Translations under genes and position numbers: made by a program
Shown here: positions 1 through 8,059 of the stretch, piece by piece
Position numbering within the stretch: the stretch's first letter is position 1
How the letters are laid out: each line of letters starts with the position of its first letter
IMG/VR virus record: IMGVR_UViG_3300036715_000866
Location: 1 to 55,106 of that record
Length of the DNA: 55,106 nucleotides
Direction: 5' to 3' (one strand)
Origin: a virus
Taxonomy: Duplodnaviria > Caudoviricetes
Notes under the pieces: model-generated
What the model was told of the DNA's origin: nothing
Seen by the model: the letters and a program-made list of their open reading frames with translations, nothing else
The model's database searches: none

Positions 1-84
1 CACACTCGTAGTAGTTGAGCGCGCCAAGCGCGTCAGGCTACGTTCTTCCTCTGGGCTCAGCTGGATCGCGGGGGCTACTCGCAT
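1..84 (-). CDS. IS630-family transposase, N-terminal fragment
   Basis: Own translation MRVAPAIQLSPEEERSLTRLARSTTTSV resembles IS630 transposase N-termini; not in the ORF track because it is truncated. Confidence 0.7.
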   Translation of the reverse strand, partial: MRVAPAIQLSPEEERSLTRLARSTTTSV

Positions 85-164
85 CTCTGGTCTCCTGTCT
101 CCGTCAGTGAATCATCGGCAGATACAGTATTATATAGTTCCGTTAATTACGAAGCACTACACTA
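1..164 (-). mobile_element. IS630-family insertion sequence, left end (cut by window edge)
   Basis: Minus strand reads CTAG-TGTAGTGCTTCGTAATTAACGGAAC..., then RBS AGGAG and an IS630-like transposase start. TA within CTAG at 162-165 fits the IS630 target; AT-rich break from the phage sequence. Confidence 0.7.
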
Positions 165-170
165 GATCCT

Positions 171-1241
171 TCAATCCAATGTCTCTGTCGAGATGGTGCG
201 TCTGCCGAAGTCGGCGGTGCCGTCGAAGCGGACGCTGCCGTTGTAATACCAAATCTGCTGAATGGTGATTTCGGCGTAGTCGCTCATCGGGTAGTCGTAG
301 TCGTCGGTGATCGTGCTGTCGCCGCTGATGCCGATCTGGCGAAGGTGCGTGCCGGCGTCGCGGAGTCGATCGACTTGCTCTGCGACGGTCGCCAGGTATT
401 CGGTGACGTTGTTGTCGCCGAGCAGGTCGTATTCCAGCGTCACGTCGAACAGGCAGCGAAGGTTGTCCGCACTTCCGCTGTTGTAATTCCGGCTGCCGTC
501 GTAGTTCCAGGTGCCGTCGAACCGATTGGTCGACAGCACATAGGTGGCGGCATCGATCACGTTGGAGCGCATGCCTGTGGCTTCGTAGATCGCCGCCTCG
601 ATGGCCTTGTTGTTGCCCTTCGGGCGCAGTGTCTCGGCAATGATCCTTGGCCCATAGGCCGGGTCTGATTCGCCCAGGATGCGCGGCACCTTGTAGTAGC
701 CGCCGTGCTCATCCAGCCACTCGCCGGATGCAAGCCGGATGCTCATCTGTTTGAGCATTTCGGTGATGGCAATCAGCGCTTCGTTCAGTTCGCTGGACAG
801 CGACGAGACGTAGGACCACAACAGCGATGTGTAGCCGTACAGGTGGTCGCCGTTGCTGGCGTCCTGGTCGCCTTCACCATCTAGCAGCACCAGCGCCGAC
901 AAGTGCAGCATGCCGGTGGCCTGGTAGGCGATGGCGTACCCAGGCTGGGCGCCGATGAAGTCGATCAGCGAGCCGATGGTGTGGTCTGCCAGATCGACAT
1001 TCAGGCTCGACGTGGCGTAGCCGTCGTCTCCGTCAAGGGCTTGCGTGCCGTTCAGGATCCACGTCCCGCCCAGGAGCAGCGGCGTGGTTTGGCCGACCAG
1101 CGTTGTCAACACGCCGTCGATAATCTTCCAGGTCAGCGTGCCGGCCGGGTAGCGCAGGCGCAGCGCCAGTTCCCGGCCAGGGTCTTTGTCGAAAATCCGG
1201 TGCAGATGCCCGAGAAGTTTCGCGGTCAGCGCGGAATTCAT
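171..1241 (-). CDS. Baseplate wedge / tail protein (P2 gpI-like region)
   Basis: Follows baseplate J; ASGEWLDEHGGYYKVPRILGESD motif; aromatic xDGxW/YxDG repeats. Confidence 0.75.
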   Translation of the reverse strand: MNSALTAKLLGHLHRIFDKDPGRELALRLRYPAGTLTWKIIDGVLTTLVGQTTPLLLGGTWILNGTQALDGDDGYATSSLNVDLADHTIGSLIDFIGAQPGYAIAYQATGMLHLSALVLLDGEGDQDASNGDHLYGYTSLLWSYVSSLSSELNEALIAITEMLKQMSIRLASGEWLDEHGGYYKVPRILGESDPAYGPRIIAETLRPKGNNKAIEAAIYEATGMRSNVIDAATYVLSTNRFDGTWNYDGSRNYNSGSADNLRCLFDVTLEYDLLGDNNVTEYLATVAEQVDRLRDAGTHLRQIGISGDSTITDDYDYPMSDYAEITIQQIWYYNGSVRFDGTADFGRRTISTETLD

Positions 1242-2359
1242 GTGATCGCCACCACCCCGGCCATGACTTTCTCGTTAGCCGCGACTACCACATCTGCCAG
1301 CGGTAGCGTGACCGCGCAGTTGTAGATGCCTTCCACCGACATAATGATGGCGATGATTTCCGCCCGCACAGCGGTATCGCCGATGCCCAGGCCACTCAGG
1401 TAGGCGGATACGCCGGCCCGTGCATCGGCGATAGCGGCGGCCGCGTCGATACCCGCATCCGTCACCACCGTCGCGGTCACGTCAACGTTGACATCGGTGG
1501 CGGCGGATACCTTGGCAATGACGCCGGCTGCCTTCCACCCTGGCACAGGGGTGCCATCGGCCAACAGGTAGCCGTCAATGACGGCCTGCGCACGTGCGAC
1601 CAGTCCGGCGCTGGTGTTGCCGCTGTTGTTGTGGATGTAGACCCAGACCAGCCCGCCGCTCGGGTAGGTAATGGGATCGGCGACATGCGGCTCGACGACC
1701 GCAACGGCATTGACGCGCTCGAACTCGATACCGTCGGCGTCCACCAGCGCCGCCGTGGTGGCACCGTACTTGATCGCCGCAACCGTGCCGCGCGCGATGG
1801 TCGAGATGTACTCGCGGAAGCGGGTGTAGCGCTCGGCGTCGGTCTCCAGGTCACGGCCATTGCTGAAAGCGTTCAGGTTGGTGACCGTGACGCCGGGAAT
1901 ATGCGTTTGCATCTCGGTCAGCGTCGTGGCGGCGACGTTGGTCGCAAACCCGGTGCTGGAACAATAAGCGATGATGTCGACCGTCGAGGTGCCGGCCGGA
2001 ATGACGGCATCGACCCCGGTCAGGTAGCGGTAGGTGCCGCCCACCGCCGATACCGCCGTGCCGGCCGGTATGGCGGTATCGGTGGCGGATACGGGCGACA
2101 AGGTGAAGCGCAACGATCCGCTGGCGCCTATGGCTGCCAAGCGCTCGAACGCGAACGAGTTGTAGATGCTGACCGGGATCGCCTCTTTCAGCCCCCGGAA
2201 CATCATCTGGTAAAGCTCATCGATTTCGATTGCCGGCGCCTCGACCAGCGTGCGGGCCACGCCGCCGACGTTGAAGTCGGTGATTTGGTCTTGCGTCGCG
2301 CGCATGAAGTTGACGATGCTGGCGACGATAGACAAATAGTCTTTGACCTGAAAGCTCAT
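1238..2359 (-). CDS. Baseplate J/gp47-like wedge protein
   Basis: ITDFNVGGVARTLVEA N-terminus, NGRDLETDAERYTR, ARGT motifs; 373 aa. Confidence 0.9.
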   Translation of the reverse strand: MSFQVKDYLSIVASIVNFMRATQDQITDFNVGGVARTLVEAPAIEIDELYQMMFRGLKEAIPVSIYNSFAFERLAAIGASGSLRFTLSPVSATDTAIPAGTAVSAVGGTYRYLTGVDAVIPAGTSTVDIIAYCSSTGFATNVAATTLTEMQTHIPGVTVTNLNAFSNGRDLETDAERYTRFREYISTIARGTVAAIKYGATTAALVDADGIEFERVNAVAVVEPHVADPITYPSGGLVWVYIHNNSGNTSAGLVARAQAVIDGYLLADGTPVPGWKAAGVIAKVSAATDVNVDVTATVVTDAGIDAAAAIADARAGVSAYLSGLGIGDTAVRAEIIAIIMSVEGIYNCAVTLPLADVVVAANEKVMAGVVAIT

Positions 2360-2964
2360 GCTACCGCCTCGACAGTAATCGGCACGGCGTTGATCGCTTC
2401 GGCCTTGATGGTGATTTTCAGTGCGTCGCCAGACGCTTCTACCAGCGCGCTCTGCACGCGGGCGATGCGCTTGTCCGCCTGCACGGCGCGCTTGACCAGC
2501 GACCCGGCGACCAGCCCATTCGCCCGGCTATTGCTGGCGCCGATGAATGGGCGGGCGCCGCAACCGTAGCGCGGGTGATAGAGCAATTCACCGGGCTCGG
2601 TGACAACCAGATGCCGCAGCGCTTGATTGAGGTTGTCGATGTCGCCAACCCGGCTGAGATTGCCGTTTTCAACCACGAACTTGCCGCGCCGGAGCATCAC
2701 GTCGATACCGAACAAGTCGTCAGTCGCCTCGTCCTGGACGATGGCTGTGCTGTTGGTCGGAATGCGCAGGCTGTCGCCCGCCAGCAGCACGCGCGGGCCT
2801 GCGTCTGCTGCGTCGTCGACGATGTACGGCGGCAGCAGGTCGTTGAAGTCGATCAGGTCGTACCAGCGCCCGGCGTCCCCAAGTTCGCGGGCGGCGACAC
2901 TCTGTAGCGTGTCGCCGCGATAGGTGCGCGCCATGCGGTAGCCAGGAATGATCTTGGTCGTCAT
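2356..2964 (-). CDS. LysM + gp25/W-like baseplate protein
   Basis: GDTLQSVAARELGD LysM start; C-terminal TEPGELLYHPRYG...DKRI gp25-like motif. Confidence 0.8.
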   Translation of the reverse strand: MTTKIIPGYRMARTYRGDTLQSVAARELGDAGRWYDLIDFNDLLPPYIVDDAADAGPRVLLAGDSLRIPTNSTAIVQDEATDDLFGIDVMLRRGKFVVENGNLSRVGDIDNLNQALRHLVVTEPGELLYHPRYGCGARPFIGASNSRANGLVAGSLVKRAVQADKRIARVQSALVEASGDALKITIKAEAINAVPITVEAVA

Positions 2965-4106
2965 GGCGATACCGTCACTCCGGAACCGAAGCCGCTGATG
3001 TAGGTCATCGCCGCGCCGCTTTTTTGTAGCAGCGGATCGCCGCGCAACAGGCTGGTCTGCGTCTGCATCTTGGAGGTGACATTGACCGCCGCGCCGGATG
3101 GCGTTGCGGGTGAGACCCGGTAGAACGGATTCTTAGCCGCCAATGGGCTTGCAGGGTGGCCGCCGCCAGTGCTGGAACAGGTAGACGCGCCGAATAGGTC
3201 GTCCCAGTCCGGCATGGTGAACAGGCGACGGAATCCGTTCTTGAGGTTGCAGAGAGCATCACCGAAGTTCGCCGCGATGCGCTGCAGGACGTTCTTGGCG
3301 TATTCAGTGATGTTGCTAGACATCGCCATGATTTGAAATGCGTTGCGGCTGGCCTCGAACAGCATCGCCGACGTCTTGAACAGCGGCTCCAGCGTGCTAT
3401 CGATGACGCCCTTGGCGCGCTTGCCGTATTCCCGGACCCTTGTCAGCAGCGCATCGGATTTATCGAGCAGCGCCTGCGCAGACCCAACCATGGTGGCAGA
3501 CAGCCCTGATAGCCCAAGTTCAGCGCCGGCTTCGGCATTCTTCCGCTGCACCTCGGCCAGCGCCTCCAACGCCTGTTCGTGGCGCGTCGGGTTGTGGATG
3601 GCGTCGACGATGTAATCCTGCGCCGTGGCCACGTCGCTGATATCGAGACTGCCCATCACCGCCAGGCTGATGTTGTACTGGCTGAGCAGAGGGCGCGACT
3701 TGTGCCGGCGAAGCTGGAACGTGGTCGGCTGCACGTACAGCGCCTGGTTATTCAGTTGGTCGGCGAAGATCAGCCGGATGTCGTCAGGGTCGCCGGTCTT
3801 GGCGCGTTCGTCGCGCAGTTCCTGACGGCGTTCGACGATCAGCTTCCGGAGTTGCGCGAACTGCTCGGCACCATCCTGGTTTACGCTGCCGCGCCAGCCG
3901 GTATGCCCGGCCAACGTAATCGTGGGCAACCCGGAGCCGAAGTCGTCGGCCCAGAACCCACCCAGCGTTTGCGTGATGCTGGCGCGGACCGGATCGGAGC
4001 GCGACAGCTCTTCCGGTCGAATAATCAGGTCTCGACCTTCGATGAAGGTATCGACATCGAACAGCATGAAGCTGATCGGCCGATCTTTTTGAGAGGTTGG
4101 CACCAT
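2961..4106 (-). CDS. Baseplate / tail-tube initiator-like protein
   Basis: IRPEELS...TQTLGG...DDFGSG...ITLAGHTG pattern and position in the baseplate cluster. Confidence 0.6.
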   Translation of the reverse strand: MVPTSQKDRPISFMLFDVDTFIEGRDLIIRPEELSRSDPVRASITQTLGGFWADDFGSGLPTITLAGHTGWRGSVNQDGAEQFAQLRKLIVERRQELRDERAKTGDPDDIRLIFADQLNNQALYVQPTTFQLRRHKSRPLLSQYNISLAVMGSLDISDVATAQDYIVDAIHNPTRHEQALEALAEVQRKNAEAGAELGLSGLSATMVGSAQALLDKSDALLTRVREYGKRAKGVIDSTLEPLFKTSAMLFEASRNAFQIMAMSSNITEYAKNVLQRIAANFGDALCNLKNGFRRLFTMPDWDDLFGASTCSSTGGGHPASPLAAKNPFYRVSPATPSGAAVNVTSKMQTQTSLLRGDPLLQKSGAAMTYISGFGSGVTVSP

Positions 4107-4112
4107 GCGGAT

Positions 4113-4127
4113 AGCATATCGTCACGA
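4113..4127 (-). promoter_or_regulatory. Putative late promoter TCGTGAC-GA-TATGCT
   Basis: Motif copy; ATG of 2961..4106 lies 6 nt after the hexamer. Confidence 0.7.
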
Positions 4128-4129
4128 CG

Positions 4130-4396
4130 CTACGTTGATATCCTCATGGCAGAACTACCTGTCGCCACGTGCCCGCAACTCGCCGCGTGCCCCGCGCGGC
4201 ATACTGGGATCGTGTTTATCCTGACGAACGGGCTTCCTTGCGCCATGACAGGGCCCCCATGGACGCCTTCTCCATGACCCGCGACGGAATCTCCCAGCAG
4301 CGCCCACAACGCGCCTTCCACGCGCACGAACGACTGCCCGCCACCCAGGATGGTGCCACCGGCACTATCGACGCCCACGCGAGCGATTCCTGGCAT
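4130..4396 (-). CDS. PAAR-like spike tip protein
   Basis: IARVGVD...GDSVAGHG...H...MAQGS...VCRAGHAASCGH; 88 aa. Confidence 0.88.
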   Translation of the reverse strand: MPGIARVGVDSAGGTILGGGQSFVRVEGALWALLGDSVAGHGEGVHGGPVMAQGSPFVRINTIPVCRAGHAASCGHVATGSSAMRIST

Positions 4397-4398
4397 GA

Positions 4399-4980
4399 TC
4401 AGGGCTCGTTGATGTCCAGGCTTGGCGTGGTGATGACAATCCCGCCAGCCGTCATAGCCAGTGAAGTACCGCCCACACTCAGGACGATGCTGGTACCGTT
4501 CATTACCAACTTTGCCGCCCCGACTTCAAGCGCGATCTTGACCGCCTTCCCAGTGTTGTGTGTCGTCGCCCAGGACTTGTCGCAGTCGTCTCCGGTCAGG
4601 TCTTCGTGCGCGGCGCTCTCGCCGATGCGGAACATCGCGCCGCTCGGGTGGTGCAATTCCGTCTCGCCGTCGCGGCCGATGCTGAGATACACGTCGGAGT
4701 CGTGGCGCAGGATGGCGCGGCCGTCGGCGAAGCGCATCTGGGAGACGCGGCTGTGCAGGAAGCCGACCACAATCGGCACGCCGCCGTCCATAATATCTAC
4801 CAAGCCATAACCCGGCGCCGCTTCGGTGAACACCGGAAGATCGGCGACCCCAGTGCGCGCCGTCGCCGGCCCGGTCAGCACAGCAACACCCTTCATTTTC
4901 CAGCCGGTACGCCAGTCTTCCACGTCGACGGTGTAGGTATCCGGATGCGTGCCGGTGATCAGCATGATCTGGCTAGGCAT
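4399..4980 (-). CDS. Baseplate central spike (gpV-like)
   Basis: Start reassigned to ATG 4980 (MPSQIML); OB-fold-like N-terminus, HHPSG, beta-strand repeats; adjacent to PAAR. Confidence 0.75.
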   Translation of the reverse strand: MPSQIMLITGTHPDTYTVDVEDWRTGWKMKGVAVLTGPATARTGVADLPVFTEAAPGYGLVDIMDGGVPIVVGFLHSRVSQMRFADGRAILRHDSDVYLSIGRDGETELHHPSGAMFRIGESAAHEDLTGDDCDKSWATTHNTGKAVKIALEVGAAKLVMNGTSIVLSVGGTSLAMTAGGIVITTPSLDINEP

Positions 4981-6388
4981 TGCGTTCCGCCTGGTAGGGG
5001 CTGCCCTGGGCGCCAAGGCGACCGACGTAGCTCTCGCCTCGGGTGACTTGCAGCGTCGTCTTGAACGCATGGAACGGCGTGAAGCTGTGCGAGACACTGG
5101 TGACGTAGTGGCGCGTGGTGCGCGAACCGCGCTTGAGCATGACGTACATGCCGGCCTTGATCTTCTCGTTTCCGCGCATGCTGATCTGACCGTCTTCGTA
5201 GACCACGTTGTCCTGGTGGATACGCTTCATCTGGTCGCGCCGCTTTCCGTACCAGCGGCCCATTACAACGGCCTGCACCGGCTTTTCTTTGGTTTCCGCC
5301 TGCAACGCTGTCAGCGTCGAGCTTTCCGCGCTTTGCATGGTGCGCGCGAGCATCTTCTTCAGGCCGTAAATCTCTGGCAGGCAGTTGCGATTGTCGCGTA
5401 TCAGCGTCAAGCCGTTCTGAGTCGCCTGGACCTTGATCCAGTCCATATTCAGAATCTCGGCCATCGGCGCTTCGATCTGGAAGAAGTTGGCCAGATTGCC
5501 GTCGCTGCGCGACAAGCTCAGGCTTTCGACCTCATCAATACCGACTTCGATTTCAACCGGAGGCACCGCGCCTTCGGATGCCATGATCAGGTCACCGGCC
5601 AGGTCGTAGTACGGCACAGGGCGATAGACGACATAGGCTGCGTCCGGCCGATCTTCGATGAACAACTCGTTCCAGCCTATATCGCACCAGTTGGTCAGCA
5701 GCGTCCAGATGTCTCCCTCATAGTTAGGGATGCCGAACGGGCCGACGCGGGAACCGGTCACTCTGGCGTCGACCTTCAGCGCCGGCTCTTCCTTCAGCGC
5801 GCCCCACAACCAGACTTCGCCGATGAAGTTCTGCACAAGGCTGTTGACGATTTCCTCGACAAACTGCGACGCCGTGTGATCGCCGAACCACTTGCCGTAG
5901 ACCTCGAACATCGGGAAAGCCGTCAGCGGGAAGTTGCCGTAAACGTACTCTTTCAGATACGAAACCTGCATGATTTGCAGGAACTTTCCGAAGTCATGCC
6001 CGGTAATGGTGATGGTGCGGCGCGGCTTGCCGTCCTGGCCCATCGACTCGTCGCGGCTGACGTACGATACAAGGCCGCGCATGACGATAGGCAACTCGCC
6101 CTGTTGCAGCCGGGCGAAGCGAATGTCGAGCATGTCCATCGGCTCGATGGAGGCGTACATCGTGTCCAGGCTGCGCGCATTCATCTTGTCGGCGAGCACC
6201 ACTTGAAACGTCCCGGCCGGCTGATTCAGCCCGCGATAAGTTGTCACACCACCCATTTCGCCCAGATACGGCGTCAGGTCAATGGATTCGATCATCGATC
6301 CGGCGAGATAGGCGATGCGGTCGGCGCCAGAGCGACGCTGGACCTTCTTCAAGGTTACGCTGATCTTTGGTGCGAAGGTTTTGATCAT
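4973..6388 (-). CDS. Baseplate hub protein
   Basis: 471 aa; PAGTF, ITGHDFGK, WNELFIED, YVTSVSHSF...TTLQVTRG; upstream of the spike. Confidence 0.72.
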   Translation of the reverse strand: MIKTFAPKISVTLKKVQRRSGADRIAYLAGSMIESIDLTPYLGEMGGVTTYRGLNQPAGTFQVVLADKMNARSLDTMYASIEPMDMLDIRFARLQQGELPIVMRGLVSYVSRDESMGQDGKPRRTITITGHDFGKFLQIMQVSYLKEYVYGNFPLTAFPMFEVYGKWFGDHTASQFVEEIVNSLVQNFIGEVWLWGALKEEPALKVDARVTGSRVGPFGIPNYEGDIWTLLTNWCDIGWNELFIEDRPDAAYVVYRPVPYYDLAGDLIMASEGAVPPVEIEVGIDEVESLSLSRSDGNLANFFQIEAPMAEILNMDWIKVQATQNGLTLIRDNRNCLPEIYGLKKMLARTMQSAESSTLTALQAETKEKPVQAVVMGRWYGKRRDQMKRIHQDNVVYEDGQISMRGNEKIKAGMYVMLKRGSRTTRHYVTSVSHSFTPFHAFKTTLQVTRGESYVGRLGAQGSPYQAERNA

Positions 6389-6394
6389 ACGTCC

Positions 6395-6409
6395 ATAATG
6401 CTGTCACGA
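6395..6409 (-). promoter_or_regulatory. Putative late promoter TCGTGAC-AG-CATTAT
   Basis: Motif copy; hub ATG (6388) 6 nt downstream. Confidence 0.7.
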
Positions 6410-6411
6410 TT

Positions 6412-6445
6412 CGCCCCATTCCCCCGATACCGGGGAAATGGGGCG
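6412..6445. terminator. GC-rich hairpin after the antirepressor operon
   Basis: cgccccatt-c-ccccg-atac-cgggg-a-aatggggcg inverted repeat; no clear U tract. Confidence 0.45.
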
Positions 6446-6451
6446 CCGTGG

Positions 6452-6706
6452 TTACGCCGGGTTCCCGGCCCGAGGCTCAAACTCGATTGGCACCTTGATG
6501 ACCGCGTACAGATGGAACCTATTTCCCAGTGGGCACTGCTGGTCTTTGCTGTTGGCGATAGAGATCAGTTCGCCTAGTTCGCCAATCACGTTGGCGCAAG
6601 ACGCTAACGTGTCGTCGGCTGAAAAACGGCTGAGCAGCGGGTTGATAGAATTTGCAGCAAGGCGTTCTTTCGACGGCACCAGGTCGTTGATTACGCGCGG
6701 GATCAT
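6452..6706 (-). CDS. Hypothetical protein coupled to the antirepressor
   Basis: ATGA overlap at 6703-6706 (MIPRVIND...). Confidence 0.55.
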   Translation of the reverse strand: MIPRVINDLVPSKERLAANSINPLLSRFSADDTLASCANVIGELGELISIANSKDQQCPLGNRFHLYAVIKVPIEFEPRAGNPA

Positions 6707-7476
6707 TGCAGACCTCCCGGCAAGTCGGGCTGGACGCCGAACGCCTGCGCCAGGCGCGTCAAACCCTTTGGGGTGATCATCACCTGTTCGCACACACGCT
6801 CACCGCCATCAGGAAGTTCGATTGTCTTGACCTTGTGGGTCAGGTAGCCGGCGTTCACCTTGTCGGCGCGGCCGAGGTTCACGTTCGACCCGTGGCGCCG
6901 GTATATCCATCCGTTCTGCCGCATCCAGTCAACGAACTTGTTTGGCTTCTGCTGCAACGCCTTGCCGGCCGCCTGGAGGCCGAGCAGTCCGTCGGCCGTC
7001 GAGATGCGGTCCAGGGCTTCCGCCTTTGGTGCGGCGATGGCGAGTTGCGCGTCGACTTCTGCTTTCTGCTCTACCAGGGCCAGGCGCTCTTTCTCGGATT
7101 GCATCGCCAGTTCGAGCAACTGCATGCGGGTCAGTTCGACCGGCGCCGCCGTCACCAGCGCGTCATAGGCGCGGATGACCTGAAGGTGGAACCTAGCGCT
7201 GATCCACATCGCGTAGGCGTAGACCAACTCCTTGCAGGCGAATGTCCCAAGCCCTTGTTTTGACTGGATACCGGGAATTCCCGGTATCTCGACCTCGGCA
7301 ATCAAATCAATAACTTGTTGGCTTCTCAGCCAATCGGAAGGCTGGTGGCGTTTTTCGCCTCCCGCTGCCCGGTGCAGGTCGTTCAGGCAGTAGCGTCCAT
7401 GTCCATCCTGGCGGATGACGGACCCGGCGATGGTAAGAAGACTTTGGGATACGAGTTGATGGTTGTTGTCAGCCAT
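6703..7476 (-). CDS. ant: Phage antirepressor, KilA-N + ANT/KilAC domains
   Basis: IRQDGHGRYCLNDLHRAAGGEKRHQPSDWLR...ELVYAYAMWISARFHLQVIRAYD; APKAEALDRI...QVMITPKGL; RBS GGAGG. Confidence 0.93.
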   Translation of the reverse strand: MADNNHQLVSQSLLTIAGSVIRQDGHGRYCLNDLHRAAGGEKRHQPSDWLRSQQVIDLIAEVEIPGIPGIQSKQGLGTFACKELVYAYAMWISARFHLQVIRAYDALVTAAPVELTRMQLLELAMQSEKERLALVEQKAEVDAQLAIAAPKAEALDRISTADGLLGLQAAGKALQQKPNKFVDWMRQNGWIYRRHGSNVNLGRADKVNAGYLTHKVKTIELPDGGERVCEQVMITPKGLTRLAQAFGVQPDLPGGLQ

Positions 7477-7526
7477 GATGGCCTCCTACTTTGCGGTTTG
7501 CATTTCCGCGCCCATCTGCTAAATGG

Positions 7527-7602
7527 GGTGGCGATCCGAACGGGGTAGCAGACCGGAAGTAGGCACCGGCAAGGCTTTCGCCTTCCCCGCCCGGCCCGCC
7601 AA
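7527..7602 (-). ncRNA. C4-type antisense RNA
   Basis: TGGCGGGCCGGGCGGGGAAGGCGAAAGCCTTGCCGGTGCCTACTTCCGGTCTGCTACCCCGTTCGGATCGCCACC cloverleaf; loops TGCCTACTT and TCTGCTA are complementary to flanking targets. Confidence 0.8.
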
Positions 7603-7626
7603 AACTCGGAGCCAAGCGATACGCAC

Positions 7627-7673
7627 AAAAAAAGCCGCATGGTGGCTGTGCGCCTACATAATCCTGTCTGCCA
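7627..7673 (-). promoter_or_regulatory. C4 upstream target (a1/b1) and conditional terminator
   Basis: TGGCAGA (7667-7673), ATGTAGGCG (7651-7659), then AGCCACCATGCGGC-T7 hairpin. Confidence 0.7.
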
Positions 7674-7705
7674 TTCCCGGTCGCTGGATAGACAGCGATG
7701 GCGGG

Positions 7706-7734
7706 ATGCTAAACATGGGTTGGGAAACCTGCAA
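7706..7734 (-). promoter_or_regulatory. Sigma70-like promoter of the c4-ant operon
   Basis: TTGCAG-17 nt-TAGCAT. Confidence 0.55.
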
Positions 7735-7891
7735 GCTAGCCACGTGCAACTTTTTTGTGTGCCATCACAGGTATCGCATAGGCACCAGCAACGGAACGGC
7801 CAGGCTAAAATTTTTTTGTGTGACACATCGCACTTCCAATGCGTCCCGGAAGAGGCTACGGTGTGAGTATCAGTGCAGGAAGGAGAACAAC

Positions 7892-8056
7892 ATGGCCAGC
7901 AAGATTTCATGCCCGAAGTGCGGAACTGGTAACGAGAAGAGCGGATGGTATTTATGGCAGTACGCTACGTTCTTGCTGCTTTTCCCTATTGGGATTGTTG
8001 CCTTCATGATGGACAGAAAACCCACCGTGTGTAGGAAGTGCGGGCACGCCTGGTAG
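7892..8056 (+). CDS. Small LITAF-like Zn-ribbon membrane protein (moron)
   Basis: RBS AGGAG; MASKISCPKCG-hydrophobic segment-CRKCGHAW, 54 aa, antisense to late genes. Confidence 0.75.
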   Translation: MASKISCPKCGTGNEKSGWYLWQYATFLLLFPIGIVAFMMDRKPTVCRKCGHAW

Positions 8057-8059
8057 GCA

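Noticed and set aside
7527-7602. tRNA
   Set aside because: The cloverleaf lacks tRNA D/T-loop consensus; loop-target pairing fits C4 RNA.
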